Shown in pieces: positions 11,451 through 20,500 of a stretch of 40,736 bases of DNA. The DNA comes from Catajapyx aquilonaris (lineage: Eukaryota): assembly GCA_000934665.2 (NCBI GenBank), contig JYFJ02003509.1, positions 1 to 40,736 on the forward strand, read 5' to 3'. Under the pieces are notes generated by a model. It did no database searches. It had not been told where the DNA came from and was given only the letters and a program-made list of their open reading frames with translations. The position numbers and the translations under genes are program-made. How positions within the stretch are numbered: the stretch's first letter is position 1; each line of letters starts with the position of its first letter.

Positions 11451-11777
11451 GGCCGGGTCCCACCGGCTCCCGGAACATTTGTCTGGCCGACAAATAGCCG
11501 GGTTACTTTGCTATTGTTGTCAACCAACTAAAGGCCAAAACACAAAAGATTTTGCGGCAGCGTCAAGCGGCAAACGCCTGCCCCGCCAATTATTATTAAT
11601 TATTGGCAATAATAAATATAAATAATAAATATGCTGCAACACGCACGTTTGCTGCGCGTTTTTTTTTTTTTTTTGCGAAATGGCCTTTACTGTCAACATG
11701 CTCTCAACAATGAACAACAAAGTAACCCGGCTCTTTGTCGACAAGACAAAATTTCCGGGAGCCGGTCCAACCCGTCT
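11451..11777. mobile_element. PIF/Harbinger-type MITE with TAA TSD, 327 bp
   Basis: TAA|GGCCGGGTCCCACCGGCTCCCGGAA...GCCGGGTTACTTTG and CAAAGTAACCCGGC...TTCCGGGAGCCGGTCCAACCCGTCT|TAA; imperfect TIRs of ~60 bp. Confidence 0.82.
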
Positions 11778-11899
11778 TAATGTTGAATACATTACATTAC
11801 ATCAGAAAAGTTACAAATTGGCAAGTAGTACTGAGTCTCATGGTGATTTCTATTTTTGACAGGTGATGGGGGGTTGTAGGCACTGAGGAAGGAGTTACA

Positions 11900-14405
11900 A
11901 TGGAGGTGGCAACAATGTCACCACCAACAACGGTTGCGGAGGTGGCAGTTCCCTTGTCTCTGGTGCCATCTGGAACAACGCTGACTTTGGTCACCAAACC
12001 AAAGGAATCTCTGGCACCACTTGTGATAAAGCCGGAGGTGACCCCAGTTGTGATCAAACCAGATGTGGCATCATTGTTGGAGGTCAAATTGGACAGTCCT
12101 GTGGAGACTCAAGTTGAGCCTCCAGTGGAGGCACCAACTGTGGAAACTTCTGCATTGAAGACTCCTACTTCAGAAGCTTCGGTATTGGAGACCTCAACGT
12201 CTGAGACTTCCGCGACTCCAAGTACAAGTGGCTCCAACCCAACTCCAGTTTCACCAACTGCCACAACCCCAACCGTCCGCCGTCGCCGCCGCAGGCACTC
12301 AGCCAACACGTATTGGACCAAACGGGCTCGTAAGAAGATATTGTCTCCAACGTCAACTACACCACCTGCATCACTCCCTGATTGTTGCTGCAACAATGGT
12401 TGCCTTGACAAAGTTGGTGCTGAGGACCGTGCTCGATTGTTCCGTACCTTCTGGGGGCTTGGAAGCCTTGGAAAGCAGCGAGCGTATTTATCAGAGCGTG
12501 TCAAAGCTGCAGGGTCACCAGGCGGCCCCACACTGGAGTATCACCTGGATGGTACAAAGCCAGGTGACACTGTAGTGGTGTGCCGACCATTTTTTAGGTC
12601 GACATTGGCTGCTTCCAACAGGATGTTAAATCGAGTAGTCTCGGCCAAGACGGAGGAGGTAGCACCAACACCTAAATCTCCTGAACCATTCCGATGCCCA
12701 TATTCGTTAAGGTCGCCAGAAAAGAAGAAAGAACCGGAGCGCAATGGTGTTGCCAATGGTAGTTACTATTATGAGGAGGAACTTGACGAGCTGGATGAGT
12801 TGAGTGACACTGACAGTGATGCTGGTATGGTTGACGTCACACCATCTGCAGCATCTCTTCTTCCAAATTTTTCTTGGCCCAAAGAGCTCTCAGTAATGGT
12901 GCAAAATCCGAGTCCATTGTTGTCAGATCCAGCTTCACACCATCTGCAACCTGTGAGCTGCAAGTGTTGGCATGGCTGCAGTTCTAAAATTACAGAACAG
13001 CAGCGGCAGAAAATTTTCCGCCACTTCTGGAGTTTAGATCCAACAGCCCAGCAGGACTACCTCAATCGCCAGATTTTTGAGATGCGCAAGAAGAAGACTC
13101 AGCTACGTGGCGGGAAGCCAAGCAGGCGTAAATATTCTTGTGAATATTATTTGGAGGCAGATGGCCACAGATACCAGGTGTGTCTGAACTACTTCGTCAA
13201 GACCCTGGACGTCACCATCAACATGGTGCGAGTCATACTCAAGAACCGGAGAGTACGTGACTCGCAACCACAGCAGGGAAAATTTGTAGTAGCTGTTGTC
13301 AAGTCTCCAGATGTTGCTGCTCATGAAGAGGAATCAGACGACTATGTTGATGTTGCTGAGAAACTGGAAATCATCTTAACCGTTGGCTCCGAGGTGTTGA
13401 AGCTTAAGGATGAAGAGCAGTATCCTCAGCTCCACCATCAGCTTGACATGCCACCATCTGTTCCAGCACCATACATGCATCACCTTCCACTGTCATTGAC
13501 ACTTCCTCAGATGCTTGATGCAGTGCCGCCTGGCACCAGGTCAGCCCGACCTCCCCGTCGCCTCGAGCCAGTTGAGTGCCGCTGTTGGAACCAGTGCAAC
13601 ATGAAGATAAGTGAGAAGCATCGGCAGCATATTTTCAACCATTTCTGGCAACTAGGTTCCTACAGTCTCCAGAGGCAGTTTCTACTACAACATGTGGTTG
13701 ACAAGAAGAAGAGGTGCATCCGATCGCCAAAAGGGACCGATTCCAGACGGAAGTATACCTGCGAGTATTACTTGGATGCAGGTGGACATAGAGTGCAGGT
13801 GAGCACGTCAACCATGAGTGCAACAGGCTTATATTTTCAGTTGCAGCCGACTTAATTGTTACATCTTTCAGGTGTGCCAGCGCTTCTTCATCAAAACCCT
13901 GGGCATATCTGGTTCTCTGGTTCATCTGACTCTCCGCAAGAAACGTACCTTTGGTATCGAGATGGCGGGAGTGGACAGGAGGGGTCTGTGGAGGAGCCTT
14001 CAGACCGAAGGTGCCGGTGGACGCCCATCTGCCTCTCCACCTCCACCACAAGCACCCACTCCCCTCCCTGCACACCAAATGCAGCCAACCCATCACCTCC
14101 CCCTCTCATTCCACCATCCCCAGCTCTATCATTCATCTGACCCACTGTTGGACACTATCACCAAGAACCCCGAATTGGAGATCACTGTCCGCAATGGATC
14201 AGCGTCTAGCAATGGTGGCATGGGTAGGGCGCCCATGTATCAGCCTACCCAACTCCTCTCCTCCCACCCTTCCAATGCTCCTTCATCTGTCTTTTACTGC
14301 CTCCCAGACATTGTGGTAAGGAAAAGGGAGATGCCTGCTCCAGGGATGCAGAATGGGACTGGACAAAGCGCAAGTTTCTTGCCTCAGCCTGGTCTTAGTG
14401 TCTGA
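11900..14405 (+). CDS. Uncharacterised ~810-aa, probably nuclear, protein with three Cys-rich modules resembling a transposase N-terminal domain; exons 11900-13798 and 13872-14405
   Basis: Acceptor at 11862 and an in-frame TGA at 11864 fix ATG 11900. A 73-nt GT-AG intron joins HRVQ|VCQRFF, completing repeat 3. Three modules CxCxxxC..K(I/V)....R..(I/L)F..FW.L....Q..(Y/F)L ... EY(Y/H)L ... VC..(F/Y)F..TL at ~12383-12640, ~12959-13240 and ~13577-13935. Basic NLS-like RRRRRRHSANTYWTKRARKK. Confidence 0.85.
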
Positions 14406-17400
14406 GGAGGGACCCACTGGTGGTATTTCTTAAGAGGAGTGGACAGGGTGAGTCAGGAGAAAATGCAGGCATATTGCCACCCTCACACAATATTGAGAAG
14501 TGAGTAATGAGTGAAGGAAATTGAAAGCTTACCCCCCTTGTCTACATCCGGCATGGTAGAAGGCAAGAGGTCATGATTGCAGTTTCATGTATGATTAACT
14601 ATTGTGATGCAATCCAGTTCTGAGTTCAGTCACTGGCTCCTTGTCTTGTGGTGATACTTCATTTTCACTTCTACTCTTGCACATGTCATTAATGGCCTGA
14701 TGTATGCTGGTTGGTTGTAGTCCATCTGACAGATTGTCCCAACTTTCGAGGACATGGTTTGCTTGGAAGAATCTCATACCAGAGAGGTGGTAAATGCCAG
14801 ATGGTAAATGATATTACTGTGTCCCCATTCCACTCCTCTCAATATTGCGTTTTGCGTCAACACTCGTTCTCAGTGCTTGTGTGCCTGGCGTCAAATGCCG
14901 AAGAGACGGGAGCCATTCCCCCATTTTAAAAATTTCTTTCCACACGAGGAAAAAAAATGAAACAGTATTGTCTCCAAGGCGCCCTCATATCAGGTGGCTC
15001 GGGAAAAGTACCATTTTACAAACCAATGTCCCCTCCTGTTAATTGTTCCCAGTCAACCAACCCCTCCCTGCCCCCCAATCCCCCCCTTGCCTCCATGACA
15101 AACAGCAAAAAAGAGTTGTGAAGCAAGTTATGTGAGTGAGAGTGATAGGGAAATCTAGTTAGGTAGATAATATTCTTAAGGTGTCATTTTTGAATTCCCC
15201 TTTCCCCCGCCCCTTACAATGGAGACAGGGCCTAGGGAAAAAAAATCATGGTTGAACTTGTGAGTGAATGCAATCATGTTTCATGGTGTTTAGGTCTAGG
15301 TTTCTTTTCCCTCTTGCCCCCACCCTCTCACACGTGACTTTGATGCATGTATGAATCAGGTGGAAGTTGTTTTTGTGTGGGGACAAAACTCAAAAGACTG
15401 ACCACAGTTGGCAACTGATTGAAAATGAATGGTTATAGATAGTTAAGTAAATGCTAGCCCTTCTGACAGCTCTATGCAAAGTCTCCGCTTCCATTGGGAA
15501 ATGAGGAAACTTTAGTTTTTCTCCAATTTACACCTTCCATTCGCTTGTTGAAATTCCAGTGCGTGTTTTTTTTACAAGACTGTGGTGCTGAGCAGGTTGT
15601 GTATTTGTTCTGGCAACTACTACTTGTATGTCTTCATCACTTTGATTTATCTTTCTAGCAATGGTAACTCAGGACAGTCAGGATTCCAAATGGTAGGGGC
15701 AACATACACAGAGAGACTTGAAACAGTCTGCAATAAAACACACTCACACACACACCCACACACACTATGCGCAGCTGATGGGCAACTTAAACAATTGTTG
15801 ATACTTAAAGCTGCATCTTCCCCTACTTAAAAAGATAACGACTGATTTTTTGAAATGTTAGTGATAATAGCAATGCCAGCTTGGATGCAAGATATTTTTG
15901 TTGTGGGAATACATGCTGAGCTTGACGCAGCAATGGCCCTGTCTCTGGATCCCCTCAGCCTGCGTTAATGGCCCCCGCAGTGGGTTTTATCACAACTTGT
16001 TATGCAGTACTTAGGGATGACAAAAAGTAGGGATGGTTGGGCAAAGGGGAGGTATTGTTTTTTAAACAGAACAAAGGTTTCAAGTGTGGTGTAGAAGGAC
16101 TGGATGCCTTCTGCGATAATGTTGGCAAGCCATACTTAAAACAGCCATGTAAAAAAAATCTCACTCAGTATTTTGTAGCGTTTGAAGGGAAAAAGAAGTG
16201 ACCCTCCCCTTCTTCCCACACCCAGATAATTTATGTCACAGTCCAATATGTGAATGAAGAATGATGAGTGACGCGGCAGGTCTCCTTTGCATTTTAGCCT
16301 CTTGGCCGGTTTTAATTTTTTTTAAACTTCGGACCCCTGCTATATTTATTATTAGCACATTGCGCAGTGATCTATTGTATTTATTGCAAGGGAGGCCTGC
16401 ACCGTTGGGTTCCTATGCAACCAAAGGAGGAACGATTTTTACAGGTCACAAGACCACAACTCGAGTTTGGATGGCTGAAGCATGCAGCCCCAATGACTAA
16501 TTATTTTCTATTCCGTCTCCCCCCCTCCCATCAGAACAGTATTAATATTAATCGAATCAGTCCTTTGCTTTGTGATGAGTTTTATGTTGCTTTTATAACT
16601 TTTATTATATTATTTATCTTTTATTTGTAGGTTTGTACTTTTATTTCGATTTAGGAAATGCATTTTGTTGGGAGTAAAACTAGTGAGAAGGAAAAGTGGA
16701 TTTTTTTAAAAACCCAAGAGCCAGGCAGTATTTTTTGATGAGTTCTCTGCAAAAGCAAAAGGTGAGATGTGACCAAGGTTGGTTGTGGTGATTACTTAGA
16801 TGCATTTTTTTGAGGAAGGGGGAGGGTGTAAGTGACAAAATGAATTGCAGCTAGCACAATAAGCTTCCTCCCCCTTTTTCATTTTGACCAACTCTCTCCA
16901 GTGCACCCTCAATAATTGTTGCAACTATGCTACAGATTATTTATTGCTGAAACTGAACATGGTTTTCTCCATTATGTGCTGTCAATAGTGGAATATTGTA
17001 ATCCTCTCCCTTCCACCCCCCACCGCATCCCCTGTTAAATGTGAATCATGAAAAAGAAGTGAGATGCACGCGAGATAATCTGCAGGGACAAACTTGATTC
17101 TCGTGCACTGAAAGTAAGTTTTTCAAATTCCCTTCCCTCGACAGTAGTGGCAACTCTGCAAGAATGAACTCGTGTTCGACCTCGAGAGGCCTTAATGGAT
17201 CTTATTTTAAGTTATTGTCGCCCATTTCCAGTGACCTGGATTGTGGTGCCCAATAAGAAAATGAGCAAACCCTTCCCATTCAACCATGCTTCTTGACAAA
17301 AAAAAAAAAAAAAGCTGAAAATGTAATTGGAAAATAAAATCCCTGTAGTTGTAAGTGTCCCATGTAGCGCAATAAAGAGAAAAAGGCACACTGAGAGGTT

Positions 17401-17586
17401 AAGAGAAAAACTTATGTCCACTTATTTTCTTTCTTCGTGTCTTCCAATTTATTAATAATTTGTAGGCAATACTCTCGGCGACCATTGTTATGATGTTGGG
17501 GCAGCAGCCACACAAAAAGTCCAGGAAATGCGTCTCCACTCAGGCTTAGCCTCAGCAGAGAGAGAAACTGGGAACCAGCAGGCAGA

Positions 17587-20500
17587 CTAATCGTCCAACA
17601 CGGTTTCTTCTTCCTTGACAAAAAATTCCACCACTTCCTCATCCAGGTTGGTCTGGTCCACATCCACATCGTCTGTGTCTACATCTGGAAATGTAAAGTT
17701 TTGTGTGGGTATCATCAAGTACACTCTGCAAGGAAGTTTACAAAGGTTGGACTTTTGTGCGAGGTGAGGACTGAAACTTACTGCTCCTGAGCTCAAGTCT
17801 CCTCTTCTTCTGTGCCTGATACTGGTCTGCCTTCTTCTGCCGATATTCCTTAAACTCTGCTGTGAGCCGCCGCCTCTTCTCGGCAAGCTCCTTGTCTGCC
17901 TTGAACATTCCTTCTCTGTCCTTCAATTCAAATTTCGCAGAATATTTCTTCATGTTGCGCTTGATTTCTTTCAGGTTGTTGGGACCCAGCAGATTTGGAG
18001 GGCGTGGTCTCCACAACAATTGACAGAAGCGTTCCATGTTGTATCGTTTCAAGATTCGCCCCTGGAACGTCCACAGCCAGTATGCATTGTCCACCTGTGG
18101 GATAAATGTAACAAATCATCTCGGCTGAAATTTCCACGACAATTTCTCAATTCTGTTACACATGGTACAATGGTGGGGGGTCTAACATGGGCAAACTCTA
18201 CCTAGGGTTTCATCTACCATGGGACAGAAGGGAGGCAACAGTATACAACTACACATTTCCTAAGCTTCAAATATGCAGTTTCCATACCTTGTGACCCCAC
18301 CAGGACACTCCTGTGGCCACATATCTTCCTGTAGGATCCCACTCAACGTCAGTAGCCATGAAATGCTCAGTGGTGTTCATGATGGTGAAGTCGGAGGTAT
18401 CGACAAACTCCAAAACACCATTCATGTTTCTAAGTCCGGCCAATACGATGAACTGTCCTTGAGGGGCCCAGAACAGATGGTTGCATTGCTTGCGCTCATA
18501 TTTCTTAAGCATGACAGGGGCCTGTCCAGTCTTCACGGCATAAAAGCTTACACAGATGTTAGGGATGTCCCCATGAATAACAGCAAACTTTGACCCCACA
18601 GGCTCCCATGCAAATGCCTGCACAGTCTCTTTAATCTCCACGCTGTCAACAGGGACCTGCTTCTCCCGCATGTGGAATATCTCAAAGTTGTGATGGATGC
18701 CCTGTTAAAATAATACACATTAACATAATTTCCAGAGCATGTAACATGCATCAAGATTGCAGAGTAATTGATTGAGAATCGACTGCAGTGCCTGGCAATC
18801 CTGAACGAAATGACTAGGGGTGGAATTTTCGTCTTCTTACTAGTTACTGCTAACCTGAGCAGTACCTGCTGTCCAACAAGAATTGTCGCAGCGGCCTGGG
18901 CAGCGCACGAACTACAGTCTCTCGTGTCCCTGTGCTCGTAGATTGTAGTTCGTGCGCTGCCGCTGCGACAATTCTTGTTGGACTGATAGTACCAATGCAC
19001 TACACTGGCACTAACAAGTAAGTTAGAAGTAACTAGTAGTACGACGAAAATTCCACCCAAGGTGACAAAGGCAACAGTGCTAACAGTGCTCAATTTCTTA
19101 GATAAATTATAGGGAGCTCAGTACTGATGCAATCTTTCCAAAATCACGACAATGAACTTGAAAAAAAACATCGCATCACATCAATCAAATATGAAATGAC
19201 GCCTGTCCAATCATGTAGAAGTGGTCATACTTACAGTAAACTTGAGCTCATTTTTCTCCTTCTTGGCTTTGCTGTATCGATCCACTTTTACACAGAGGAA
19301 GTCACCCGACTTCTGCCAGTGCATCTTGCAGTCGATCACGTTGAACAAATTCTTTGCTCGGATTTCTATTCGGCTGGAAAGTAATTTCTACATTAATGCC
19401 AATCAGCCAACTACTGGTGTAATAAAATCTCCATATTTATCATGTCTGTTCAGAAAGGGCTAAGCTGTTTCGTCAGACTTGAACAATCCGATAAGTCTCA
19501 AGTCAAAATTCATCACAACAGACATTTTTCTGTGTCGACTTCTCTCAAGTGCAGAACTCATTAGTACAGAATCATAGATGATGTCGTCAGTAGAAAGGTA
19601 CCAATATTTCAAGGCTATCACTTTTCGCATTTCTTCACAGAGGGATGTAATTTTTAGTCATCTGGTTTTAGCTATTATTAAATTTACTAAGGTTATTAGT
19701 TATTTCAATTGTTATCTAAGTGCACCTATTGGAATTCATTGACTTCGCAGCCTGTTGAGAGAATTGCCTCTCAGCTGCAACCAAAATTACCATATCCGTT
19801 AAGAGCAAACGAAGAATTTGAACACAATTTTGGCCATTACATGCCAACAACAGCAGCAGGTTTTCTTTGCTGACCACTCCCAAAATTTTAAAGCAAGCAC
19901 AAATTGGCACTTGCCCAATTATAGTAAAGGGGTTCCTGGAGGAAACAACCCATAACTTCTTTCCCTACCCTCTTTGGAACTGGGACCTCAATAGTGCACC
20001 ACTATATTTCCACTCTAGTAACAAATTATTAATACTTCTACACAATTGATTTTTTTCTTTCACACCTTGGAATCTCAAGCAGCACGACTCTGGAAGGCAC
20101 ATCTTTCTCCTCTGCCACCCAGTAGGCCATCTGATTATCTGTGGGACTCCAGCTGAAATCCCGGATCCCAGGCACCTTAATGCTCTTCTTGTCCAGCAAA
20201 CCAAATGATGGTGTTTCATACACGCTCAATAAATCCTGACCCATACGTGCAAAGTAATGGTCATCATGAGACCACTTAAATATAGGCCAGGTGGACTGGA
20301 CTGCATCTGCATGGAACATGCGTTTCATTGAGCCATTGCGAATCTCCCATACAATGATGGGCTGGGTGACTCCTCCTTCAATTCCAGTGCCAGCACTTCC
20401 ATGGTGGTGGTGGTGATGCTCCTGCATTGGGCTGAACATAACCACATATTTTTCAAGCGGACTGAAGTCAATAAATTGGACCCCTTGTTGCCCAAACTTG

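Noticed and set aside
18150..18230. Imperfect hairpin in eIF3b intron 6 as an H/ACA snoRNA
   Set aside because: The only H-box-like sequence lies inside the stem and the ACA is about 13 nt from the acceptor; the second hairpin is weak.
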